This document shows, piece after piece, positions 38,333 through 46,685 of a stretch of DNA of 46,924 nucleotides. A program made the position numbers and the translations under genes. Numbering within the stretch: the first letter of the stretch is position 1; the number at the start of each line of letters is the position of its first letter. The notes below the pieces were generated by a model, which was given only the letters and a program-made list of their open reading frames with translations, was not told where the DNA came from and made no database searches. Source of the DNA: Conexibacter sp. (GTDB lineage Bacteria > Actinomycetota > Thermoleophilia > Solirubrobacterales > Solirubrobacteraceae); contig JBQCIQ010000022.1 in NCBI GenBank assembly GCA_051953595.1, forward strand, positions 1-46,924. The letters run 5' to 3'.

Positions 38333-39925
38333 CTACGCGAAGTAGGCGTTGCGGATCGTCGACGCCTTGTTGTTGCGGCTCGGCGTGAACCCGCGCAGCT
38401 TGGAGCTGATCCCGTAGATCTCCTGCGCGTAGAACGTCGGGATGTACGGCAGCGTCTCGGCGAACAGCGTCTGGAGCTGCCCGATCACGGCCAGCCGCTG
38501 CGGGCCATCCGGCGTCTGCGCGATCGCGTCGGCGAGCTGCTCGGCGCGCGCGACATGCGCCTTCGACTCGCCCTGGGCGTAGTTCGAGAAAGTCGTCAGG
38601 AGGCGCAGGTAGTAGGTGGCCGGACCGCCGTTCGACCAGCCGTGGCTGCTGATGAAGACGTCATAGGGCGAGCTCGTGTTCGGCTGCTCCTTGGTGAAGA
38701 CCGGCTCCTCGAGCGGGTCCAGGCGCACGCGGAAGCCGACCGCCTCGAGCTGGCCGACGATCGCCTGGTCGAGCTGGTCGTTGAAGCCTGCGACGCTCGC
38801 GACGCGCAGCGACGGGGCGCCGCCGACCTCGGTCAGCAGCGCCTTGGCCTTTGCGACGTCGTGCGGATAGGTCGGCGTCATCGCGCTCTGGCCGTAGGTG
38901 CCCTTGGGCTGGTAGCCCTCGGCCGCCGTGGCCATGCCGCGCAGCACGCTCTTGGCGAGCGCGTCGCGATCGAGCGCATGGAAGACCGCCTTGCGCACGC
39001 GCACGTCGTGCACGGCCGGGTTGTTGACGTGGAACGCGAGGTAGCGGACGGCCCAGACGTCCTGCGGGACGAGCTTCACGCGCGCGTCGGACTTCAGCTG
39101 CTCGGCTTGCGCGGGCGCGAGCTGTGGGATCACGTGCAGCTCCCCCGTCTGGAGCGCCGCGACGCGGGTGGCGACATCGGGGACGGCGGACAGCTCGACC
39201 GCTGCCACATAGGGTCCTCTGCCCCAGAAGTGGTCGTTGGCGACGAACTTGATCGTCGAACCGGAGTTCGACACGAAGCGGAATGCGCCGGTTCCGGCCG
39301 GCTTGGCGGCGATCGCCTTCTCACCCTGCTTGATCAGCGCTCCCGAGATCATGTAGATGTAGGTGAGGTTCCGCGTGAGATCGGGTGCGGGCTCCTTTGT
39401 GACGAGGCGGATCACCTCGGGATTCGAGTCGTCGATCGTGCGGAACTCGGGGATCAGCCCGGCCGCCACACCGGCAGCGCCCTTCTGGTAGACGAGGTTC
39501 GCCTTGATCACCGAGGAGTCGAGCGGCGACCCGTCGTGGAAGGTGACGCCCTGGCGCAGGCGCCCCGTCCAGACGCGGGCGTCGTCGGAGAACTCCCACC
39601 GCTCGACGAGCGCGCCCTCGATCTGCTCGTAGGCGTCGTCGAAGCGCACGAGCGGATCGAAGACCGTGGCCGCGAAGGCGAAGTCGCCGATGCTCAGCGC
39701 CTTGCCGGGGTCCAGCGACGCCGGCAGCGCCGGGAAGCCCATCTTGAGCGTTCCGGTCGCCTTCGCCGGCGGGGCGGAGCCGCCGTCAGAGGCTGTCGAG
39801 GACGCGTCGTTCCCGCAGGCCGCGAGCACGCCCGAGAGCAGCGTCCCGGAGGCCACGACCGCTGCGCCGCGGCGCAGGAACTGCTCGCGCGTCACCGGAC
39901 GCGGGACCATCGACCCATCGTTCAT
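38333..39925 (-). CDS. Family 5 ABC substrate-binding lipoprotein
   Basis: RBS GGAGAGG, lipobox LAAC, and motifs SLDP and LRQGVTFHDG. Confidence 0.92.
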   Translation of the reverse strand: MNDGSMVPRPVTREQFLRRGAAVVASGTLLSGVLAACGNDASSTASDGGSAPPAKATGTLKMGFPALPASLDPGKALSIGDFAFAATVFDPLVRFDDAYEQIEGALVERWEFSDDARVWTGRLRQGVTFHDGSPLDSSVIKANLVYQKGAAGVAAGLIPEFRTIDDSNPEVIRLVTKEPAPDLTRNLTYIYMISGALIKQGEKAIAAKPAGTGAFRFVSNSGSTIKFVANDHFWGRGPYVAAVELSAVPDVATRVAALQTGELHVIPQLAPAQAEQLKSDARVKLVPQDVWAVRYLAFHVNNPAVHDVRVRKAVFHALDRDALAKSVLRGMATAAEGYQPKGTYGQSAMTPTYPHDVAKAKALLTEVGGAPSLRVASVAGFNDQLDQAIVGQLEAVGFRVRLDPLEEPVFTKEQPNTSSPYDVFISSHGWSNGGPATYYLRLLTTFSNYAQGESKAHVARAEQLADAIAQTPDGPQRLAVIGQLQTLFAETLPYIPTFYAQEIYGISSKLRGFTPSRNNKASTIRNAYFA

Positions 39926-39970
39926 ACGTGCCACCTCTCCTCCGGGGCTGCGACCGTTCTTGCTGGCAAG

Positions 39971-40027
39971 ATTATACGGATTATCAAGCCGAGGAGAAAT
40001 ATAGTGCCCGGCTATCGGCCTTGTCAA
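39971..40027 (-). promoter_or_regulatory. Primary-sigma promoter plus candidate LacI operator
   Basis: The minus strand reads TTGACA(40027-40022)-N18-TATATT(40003-39998). A CG-centred near-palindrome ATTATACGGATTAT lies downstream at 39971-39984. Confidence 0.7.
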
Positions 40028-40037
40028 CTGCGCGGGC

Positions 40038-41084
40038 TCAGCGCCCTGCGGGCGGCGGGGCGACGGTTTCTCCCAGCCGCGGGACGCAGGGCACCAGCAC
40101 GCGCGCGGGCGGGAGGCCAGGGCCGCGCTCAAGACGCTCCACCAGCCAGGCGATCGCCTCGCGCGCGATCTGCCGGCGCGGCACCTCGAAGCCGCTCCAG
40201 TCGCGTCGGCTGACGCCGAACCGCCACTCGCCAAGCATCACGACGGACACGTCTCCGGGGATGCCGAGACCGGCGCGGGCAAGCGCCTCCTCCAAGCGCT
40301 CCAGCGTGCCCAGGTCGCGCACCACGGCGGCGGTCGCGCCGCCCTCGGTGAACTCCGTCACGACGTGCGCGGGCAGCTCTCCCGTGTCGACGTCGTGCTT
40401 CCAGCGCGGGTCGACGGGCAGTCCGCGCGCCTCGAACGCGCGGTAGAAGCCGGCGACGAGGTCTTGAGCCGACTCGAGGCTGGGCTCGTTGATCAGCATG
40501 CGCACCTGCCGGTGGCCTGCGTCGAGCAGCCGCCCTACCGCCTCGGCGGCCGCCTCGGCATAGTCGCCGGTCACGTATGGCACGGCTTGGCCGCCGACGT
40601 CCGCGCGGCGGCCGAAGAAGACGAAGGGGTATCTGTCGGCGAGCAGCTGGGACCAGTCGCCCGGATCGTCGCCGCGACCCAGCAGCACCGAGCCGTCGGC
40701 CAGCCGCAGACGGTTGATCCCCCCTTCGTACACGCGCCCCATCCGGTGCGGCTTGATGCTGGTGAACAGCAGCAGGTCGTAGCCCAGCTCCTCGCAGGCC
40801 TGCTCCACCCCGATCAGGAACTGGTAGTAGAAGTCGCGGGTGTCGGTGGGGAAGCGCTCCTCGAAGGTGTAGATGCCGAGCAGCCGATTGCTCTGGCCGG
40901 CCAGCCGCCGCGCCACCGGGTTGGGCTCGTAGCCCAGCCGCTCCATCGCCGCGAGCACGCGTGCGCGCGTCGCGTCGCTGACGCGCGCGGTCGCGTCGCT
41001 GCGGCCGTTGAGCACGATCGAGACGACGGCCTGGCTGACGCCGGCCGCCTGCGCGATGTCGCGCTGCGTCGGCCGTGCCGTCAC
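40038..41084 (-). CDS. LacI family transcriptional regulator
   Basis: HTH TQRDIAQAAGVSQAVVSIVLNG, hinge YEPNPVARRL, and GHR and IPGDVSV motifs. Confidence 0.93.
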   Translation of the reverse strand: MTARPTQRDIAQAAGVSQAVVSIVLNGRSDATARVSDATRARVLAAMERLGYEPNPVARRLAGQSNRLLGIYTFEERFPTDTRDFYYQFLIGVEQACEELGYDLLLFTSIKPHRMGRVYEGGINRLRLADGSVLLGRGDDPGDWSQLLADRYPFVFFGRRADVGGQAVPYVTGDYAEAAAEAVGRLLDAGHRQVRMLINEPSLESAQDLVAGFYRAFEARGLPVDPRWKHDVDTGELPAHVVTEFTEGGATAAVVRDLGTLERLEEALARAGLGIPGDVSVVMLGEWRFGVSRRDWSGFEVPRRQIAREAIAWLVERLERGPGLPPARVLVPCVPRLGETVAPPPAGR

Positions 41085-41254
41085 CTGGGCTGCGCGGCGC
41101 TCATGCCGCGGGCGCCCGCGGCGCCCGGCGGGCTTCCCGGGCGGGCCGCTCACGTCCGTGTCCCGGCCGCGCACCCGGTGCCGGCCGCGGGCGCCGCAAG
41201 GGCGGCGATGCTGCGCGCGGCGGTCACCCGCTTCACTCTAGAGCAGCCGTCCGG

Positions 41255-41286
41255 CACGACGGCGGCGCCGCCTCGCCGCCGTCGTG
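41255..41286 (-). terminator. GC-rich hairpin downstream of the aminotransferase gene
   Basis: CACGACGGCGGCG-ccgcct-CGCCGCCGTCGTG, a 13-bp perfect stem. Confidence 0.6.
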
Positions 41287-41315
41287 TCCGAACGTCCCCG
41301 GGTGTGGCCGAGGCG

Positions 41316-42644
41316 CTACGCCCCAGCGTTCGCCCGCTCGTGCGCGCGAAGCGCGTCGATGTTCTCCTCGACCTTCGCGAACGCGTCGACCATTCCGCCG
41401 ATGAACGCGGGGTCGTAATCGACGTAGTTCCACACGAGGTTGAACGTGCTTCTGACCTGGTTCTCCGCGTGCGGAAGCTCCAGCTTCGTCGGGTCGTAAT
41501 CGGCGCGACGCAAGTTCTCGGTCCACATCACGCGCGGCCCGCTCCACTCCGGCGAGAGGCGCGGCGCGCGATGCACCGGGCGCCGCATGTACTCGTAGGA
41601 GTACAGGCCCTCGGCGTTGAGCGCCTCGATGTAGGTCTGCTTGCTCACGCCCGCCGCCTCGGCGTCGAACCACACGACCGCCTGGTGAACCGCGGACTCG
41701 TCGCCCTCGTGCAGGAGCGGCGGGATCGAGACGCTCGGCAGGTCCGCCAGCCCCTCGCGCAGCAGCGCGAGGTGTCTGCGGCGGACGTCGTTCTCTCCCT
41801 CCACGCGCTGGAGCGCATCCGCCATCAGCACGGCGTTCACGGGCGTCAGCCGGTAGGTGTAGACGAGGCCGTCGATGGCCGCGCGCAGCTCCTCCGGGAA
41901 GCCGCCTTCGCTCGCGCGTCCGGGGAACTCCGTCATGCCGGCGTGCTGCGTGCTGACGACCGCCTTCCAGTACACGTCCTCGTGCTGGGTGAGCAGGTAG
42001 CCGCCCTCGGTCGCCGCGATCGGCTTCACGCCGTTGGCGGAGAAGCCCGCGGCGTCGCCGAACGCGCCGATGCGTCTGCCGCGGTGACGGGCGCCGTGCG
42101 CCTGGCTGCCGTCCTCGATGATCTTCAGGTCATGCTCCGCGGCGATCTCGCACAGCGCCGTCATGTCGGCCGGGTTGCCGAAGATGTGCGGCACGAGGAT
42201 GGCGCGCGTGCGCGGGGTGAGGCGCTCGCGCACCGACGCCGGGTCGAGCAGCCCCGTCCCCTCGATCACGTCCGCGAACGTCGCGATGCAGTTGTTCTGC
42301 AGGATGCAGGAGATCGTCACGCCGTAGGTGTAGGGCGACGTCATCACCTCGTCGCCGTCGGTCAGCTCGAGCCCGATCAGCGCGGCATGCAGCGCGCCGT
42401 TGCCGGTGGAGGTTCCGAGCACGTGCGGGACGCCGTGGAACTCCCCGAGCGCGCGCTCGACCGCGCCCATCTCCGGCTGCAGCTTGCTGAGGCCGAGCGC
42501 GACGCCGTCGTCGAGCAGGCGCGCGACGTGGCGCTTCGCCTCGTCGCTCCAAACGGGGTACTGCCGCGACTCCGGCGTGCGCACCGGCGTGCCGCCGAGC
42601 AGCGCCAGGCGAGCCGTGGAGTCAGTGCTTGAGGTGATGGTCAT
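41316..42644 (-). CDS. DegT/DnrJ/EryC1/StrS family PLP aminotransferase
   Basis: Motifs LALLGG, PHIFGNPADM, IIEDGSQAHGA and FSANGVKPIAATEGG (PLP lysine retained). Confidence 0.92.
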   Translation of the reverse strand: MTITSSTDSTARLALLGGTPVRTPESRQYPVWSDEAKRHVARLLDDGVALGLSKLQPEMGAVERALGEFHGVPHVLGTSTGNGALHAALIGLELTDGDEVMTSPYTYGVTISCILQNNCIATFADVIEGTGLLDPASVRERLTPRTRAILVPHIFGNPADMTALCEIAAEHDLKIIEDGSQAHGARHRGRRIGAFGDAAGFSANGVKPIAATEGGYLLTQHEDVYWKAVVSTQHAGMTEFPGRASEGGFPEELRAAIDGLVYTYRLTPVNAVLMADALQRVEGENDVRRRHLALLREGLADLPSVSIPPLLHEGDESAVHQAVVWFDAEAAGVSKQTYIEALNAEGLYSYEYMRRPVHRAPRLSPEWSGPRVMWTENLRRADYDPTKLELPHAENQVRSTFNLVWNYVDYDPAFIGGMVDAFAKVEENIDALRAHERANAGA

Positions 42645-42765
42645 CGGTCGGCCTCCGGGGCGCTCGAAGATGCTGATGCGAACTCATGGGCGTCGCGCCT
42701 TCGGGGCGGTCGTCGCTGGCCTGGCCGGCCTGCGCTGCTCCGACCGCCTGGGTTCCGCTCGATTG

Positions 42766-42807
42766 GAACATCGGACAGATTGCAAGTCAAGGTATCAATA
42801 CAGTGCC
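42766..42807 (-). promoter_or_regulatory. Conserved promoter/operator element, copy 4
   Basis: + strand GAACATCGGACAgattgcaaGTCAAGGTATCAATacAGTgCC. Confidence 0.75.
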
Positions 42808-42870
42808 CATTGACCATTCTCTGTCGATGACCTCCGCTCAGGCTGACCTCCTGCGACGCCCAGGCAGCCC

Positions 42871-43866
42871 TCACGTCGACTCGCCGGTCCCGGCGGCGGC
42901 GATCAGGTCCCACGACGAGACGCGCGGACGCTCCAGCACGACCCGCTCCAGCAGCGCGACCGCCTTCTCCAGCCCCTCCAGCGGATCCATGTACTCGTCC
43001 TCGTGCTCGATCGAGACGACGTCGTCGTAGTCGAGCGCCCGCAGCAGGCTCACGAAGTCGCGCCAGAACGTCTCGCCGTGGCCGTAGCCGACCGTGCGGA
43101 AGTCCCATCCGCGCTGGTCGAGGTCGGAGAACGGCTTCGCGTCGAGGAGCCCGTTGACGCGCACGACGTGGGGCATGATCTGCGTGTCCTTGGCATGGAC
43201 GTGGTAGATCAGCGGCGCCACCGCGCGCATCGCCTCAAGCGGGTCGATGCCCTGCCACCACAGGTGCGACGGGTCGAAGTTGCAGCCGATCGTCGGCCCG
43301 ACCTCGGCGTTCAGCCGCAGCAGCGCCGCCGGGTTGTGCAGGACGTCCATCGGGTGCATCTCGAAGCAGAGGCGGCAGCCGTGCGCCTCGGCGACGTTCG
43401 CCTGCTCGCGCCAGTAGGGGATCACCCGCTCCTCCCACTGCCACTTCAGGATCTCCTGCTCCTGCGGCGGCCACGCGTTGCAGACCCAGTGGGGCGCTCT
43501 GTCTCCCGGCGCTCCTTCGGGCAGCCCGCCGAGCAGCGTGAGGCGGTCGACGCCGATCGCCGCTGCCAGCTCGCACGCGCGGCGGAGCTCCTGCTTGTAG
43601 CGCTCGAACGTCTCCGGGTCAGGCGACAGCGCCGGCCCGTGGACGGCGAGCGCGCTGATCTCCAGGCCCCGGCTGGCGATCGCCTCCTGCCAGCGCGCCC
43701 GCTCGGACTGGTCGGCCAGTACGGCGGGGTCGCCGAATCTGAGGTTCTCGTGATAGCCCGCGCAGGCGATCTCGATGCGCTCGAGGCCGAGCCGCTTGAG
43801 CACGTCGAGGCCCTCCTCGAAGTCGAACTGCAGCAGCGCGTTGGAAACGACACCGATCTTCATCAC
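42871..43866 (-). CDS. Xylose-isomerase-like TIM-barrel (sugar phosphate isomerase/epimerase family) protein
   Basis: Metal ligands FEMHP, NFDPSH, HVHAKD and SIEHED. WQWEE..PYW motif. Confidence 0.92.
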   Translation of the reverse strand: MMKIGVVSNALLQFDFEEGLDVLKRLGLERIEIACAGYHENLRFGDPAVLADQSERARWQEAIASRGLEISALAVHGPALSPDPETFERYKQELRRACELAAAIGVDRLTLLGGLPEGAPGDRAPHWVCNAWPPQEQEILKWQWEERVIPYWREQANVAEAHGCRLCFEMHPMDVLHNPAALLRLNAEVGPTIGCNFDPSHLWWQGIDPLEAMRAVAPLIYHVHAKDTQIMPHVVRVNGLLDAKPFSDLDQRGWDFRTVGYGHGETFWRDFVSLLRALDYDDVVSIEHEDEYMDPLEGLEKAVALLERVVLERPRVSSWDLIAAAGTGEST

Positions 43867-43904
43867 TCAGCTCCTTGGTGTGCCACGGCGACCCGCGGCT
43901 CCGC

Positions 43905-44900
43905 TCACTCGACGCTCGCCGAGTCCCACTCGTACTTGTCGAACCAGTTGCCCTCCGGGACCGGCTCGCGCGGCAGCGCGCGGCGCACCAGCTCGACCGA
44001 CTTCTCCACCGCCTCGTCCATCGTCATGAACGAGTCCTCGATCTCGATCGCGACGACGTCGTCGTAACCGCCGCGCCGCAGCGCCGTGAAGAAGTCCTTC
44101 CAGAACGCCTCCGGGTGGCCAAAGCCGATCGCGCGGTAGGTCCACGTGCGCGCGTCCCAGTCGTCGTAGCGGCACGCCGGCACGACGCCGTCGCGCGCGA
44201 TCCCCCGCGCGTCGAGCCCGACGTCCTTCGCGTGCACATGCCCGATCGCGCCGCGAAGCTGCTCGACGAGCAGCAGCGGGTCGATCCCCATCCACCACAC
44301 GTGCGAGGGATCGAGGTTGGCCTGCAGCGTCTCGCCACAGGCGTCGCGCAGGCGGAGGAAGGTCTGGCCGTTGTAGACCATGAAGCCGCCGATGGGCTCC
44401 ATGCAGACCGTCAGGCCGCGATCGGCGGCGACACGGCAGGCCTCGCGCCAGTACGGGATCAGCCGCTCCTCCCACTGCCAGCGGTACGCCTGCTCGAGGT
44501 CGGCGTAGATCGAGGGAACGATCCAGTTCGGCGCGCGGTCGTGCGGGCCGCCGGCTGGCACGCCGGAGATCGCGGTGATGCGGCCCACGCCGAGCCTCGC
44601 CGCGACGTCGCAGATCGCGACGAAGTCCTCGTGCGCGGCCTGCGCGCGCCGCTCGTCCGGGTGGATCGGGTTGCCGTAGACGCCGAGCGCCGAGATCGTC
44701 AGCCCGCGCGAGGCGACGGACGCGCGGAACGCCTCCAGCGCCTCGTCGTCCGCCGCCAGCGCGCCGGGATCGACGTAGCCCTTCGGCACGTGTCCGCCGC
44801 CGCACGGCTCGACGTGCGTGATGCCGTTGCGCACGGCGAGGTCGAGCGCGTCCTCCCATCCGCGGTCGAGCCGCGGGTCGATCACGAGTCCCAGCTCCAT
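43905..44900 (-). CDS. Xylose-isomerase-like TIM-barrel protein, paralog of the downstream gene
   Basis: Motifs MEPIG, NLDPSH, HVHAKD and AIEIED. WQWEERLIPYW motif. Confidence 0.92.
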   Translation of the reverse strand: MELGLVIDPRLDRGWEDALDLAVRNGITHVEPCGGGHVPKGYVDPGALAADDEALEAFRASVASRGLTISALGVYGNPIHPDERRAQAAHEDFVAICDVAARLGVGRITAISGVPAGGPHDRAPNWIVPSIYADLEQAYRWQWEERLIPYWREACRVAADRGLTVCMEPIGGFMVYNGQTFLRLRDACGETLQANLDPSHVWWMGIDPLLLVEQLRGAIGHVHAKDVGLDARGIARDGVVPACRYDDWDARTWTYRAIGFGHPEAFWKDFFTALRRGGYDDVVAIEIEDSFMTMDEAVEKSVELVRRALPREPVPEGNWFDKYEWDSASVE

Positions 44901-44910
44901 CGCCGCCTCC

Positions 44911-45732
44911 TCAGCCGCGCCGGCGGTCGGTCTCGAGGTCGTAGTGGTCCATGCCCGGGTAGTCGCCCTTGATCGTCCAACCGCCGTCGACGTGCAGCAG
45001 CTCGCCCGTCATGAAGGCGGACGCGTCGGAGGCGAGGAACACGAGCGGCCCGACGTAGTCGGCCGGCGTCGCGACGCGGCCCATCGGCGTGACGGCGCGC
45101 CAGCTGTCGTCGAAGCCGGGGTCGTACTCCCAGTTGCGCTCCATGCTCGTCGCCGCGGGGGCGATCGCGTTCACGCGCACGCCACGCGGCGCCAGCTCCA
45201 ACGCGAGCTGCCGCGTCATCGCCTCGACCGCGCCCTTCGAGGTCGTGTAGACGGCGTGGCAGTCGACCATCAGCGTGGCCGCGCACGAGGAGATGTTGAT
45301 CACCGAGCCGCGCCCGTCCATCGCCTCGACCGCGGCCATCGTCGTGAAGAACGCGCCGCGCACGTTCGTGTTCATGACGTCGTCCCAGTCCTCCTGGGTG
45401 ACCTCGGCAGCCGGGCCGAAGCGCGTGCGCCCGGCGTTGTTGACGAGCACGTCGACGCCGCCCAGCTCGCGCCGGGCGACGTCGACGAGACGCCGCGCGT
45501 CGGCCCGCTCGCCGACGTCGGCGCCGACGGCGATCGCGGTGCCGCCCAGCTCTGCGATCGCGCGGCAGGTCTGCTGCGCGCCCGCCTCGTCGTTCTTGTA
45601 GTTGACGGCGACCTTCGCGCCGGCGCGCGCGAGCCCGATCGCGAGCGTGCGGCCGATGCCCTTGCTGGCCCCCGTGACCACCGCCGCCCTGCCGTCGAGC
45701 GACATCGCCTCGCGCGGGTCCACGGCGCTCAT
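44911..45732 (-). CDS. SDR family oxidoreductase (glucose/sugar dehydrogenase-like)
   Basis: Motifs TGASKGIG, NNAG and YTTSK. Confidence 0.93.
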   Translation of the reverse strand: MSAVDPREAMSLDGRAAVVTGASKGIGRTLAIGLARAGAKVAVNYKNDEAGAQQTCRAIAELGGTAIAVGADVGERADARRLVDVARRELGGVDVLVNNAGRTRFGPAAEVTQEDWDDVMNTNVRGAFFTTMAAVEAMDGRGSVINISSCAATLMVDCHAVYTTSKGAVEAMTRQLALELAPRGVRVNAIAPAATSMERNWEYDPGFDDSWRAVTPMGRVATPADYVGPLVFLASDASAFMTGELLHVDGGWTIKGDYPGMDHYDLETDRRRG

Positions 45733-46685
45733 CGCGTCGCGTCCGCGGTCCGTCCGTCGCGCGCGAGCCCGGCGTCACGCAGGAACGCGATGCTGGCGCG
45801 TGCCGCGTCGAGCCCGCTGAAGCCGCTCAGGTCCACGCGCGGATCCGGGTCCTGCTCGACGGTGGCCAGGCCGTCGAATCCGGTCCGCGCGAGGCTGTCG
45901 CGCAGCGCGACCCAATCGACGATCCCCTGCCCGATCGGGCAGAAGAGCCCCACCCCGAGCGCACTGTCGAAATCGAGGTCCTCGTCGTGCATCCGGCGCA
46001 ACGCGGTCGCGTCGACGTCCTTGAGATGGAAGTACTCGAGCCGAGCGGCATAGCGGTCGACGAGGTCAGCCGCCTGCAGCCCCGCAACGGCGCTGTGCGC
46101 CGTGTCGATGCAGAAGCCGATCGTGTCGTGCGGCAGGTCCGCGAGCGCACGCTCGATCTCGTCCGCGAACTCGATGTGCGTGCCGCAGTGCGGGTGCAGG
46201 ACCGGACGCAGCCCGAACTCGTCGGCGGCGATGCGCGCGACCGCGGCGATCGTCTCGATCATGCCGTCCCAGGCCGCCGGCGCAAGCCGCTCGGCGGCGT
46301 CGGAGCGGCCCGCCGTGCGCTGGCGCTCGGGCACCATGCGGTCGATCACGACGAGGTTGCGCGCGCCGAGCGCGGCGAGCATCGTCCCCACGCGGCGGGT
46401 GTTGCGCAGCACGGTCTCGCGCTGCGCCGGGTCGTGCATGTGCTCGTAGACGAAGCCGGCCGTGAGCGCGAGGCCACGGCGGTCGAGCTCACGGCGCAGC
46501 ACGCCGGCGTCCTCCGGCAGGAAGCCGATCGGGCCGAGCTCCGTGCGGCCGTAGCCGGCCTCGGCGATCTCGTCGAGCACCTTGGCCCACGGCGGGTTCG
46601 TGTCCGCGTCCCCCTCGAACACGCCCCACGACAGCGGCGCGTTGCCGACCTCCAGCATCCCGGCTCCTCTCCTGGTCGCGCTCAT
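45729..46685 (-). CDS. IolE/MocC-like inosose dehydratase family TIM-barrel protein
   Basis: Motifs NAPLSWGV, TELGPIGFLP, HPHCGTHIE, DTAH, HLKD and VEQD. Alternative start at 46658. Confidence 0.85.
   Translation of the reverse strand: MSATRRGAGMLEVGNAPLSWGVFEGDADTNPPWAKVLDEIAEAGYGRTELGPIGFLPEDAGVLRRELDRRGLALTAGFVYEHMHDPAQRETVLRNTRRVGTMLAALGARNLVVIDRMVPERQRTAGRSDAAERLAPAAWDGMIETIAAVARIAADEFGLRPVLHPHCGTHIEFADEIERALADLPHDTIGFCIDTAHSAVAGLQAADLVDRYAARLEYFHLKDVDATALRRMHDEDLDFDSALGVGLFCPIGQGIVDWVALRDSLARTGFDGLATVEQDPDPRVDLSGFSGLDAARASIAFLRDAGLARDGRTADATR

Noticed and set aside
42645-42765. Riboswitch (glycine-like) in the aminotransferase leader
   Set aside because: It contains CCGAAGGCGC and a GGCGGTCG/CGACCGCC stem but lacks the GGAGA and CUCAGG core. 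Such pairing is expected by chance at this GC content. An Infernal/Rfam search would settle it.
24181-42807. Four-copy motif as IS ends or att sites
   Set aside because: All copies are in the same orientation at promoter positions, are degenerate, and have no transposase or target duplications.
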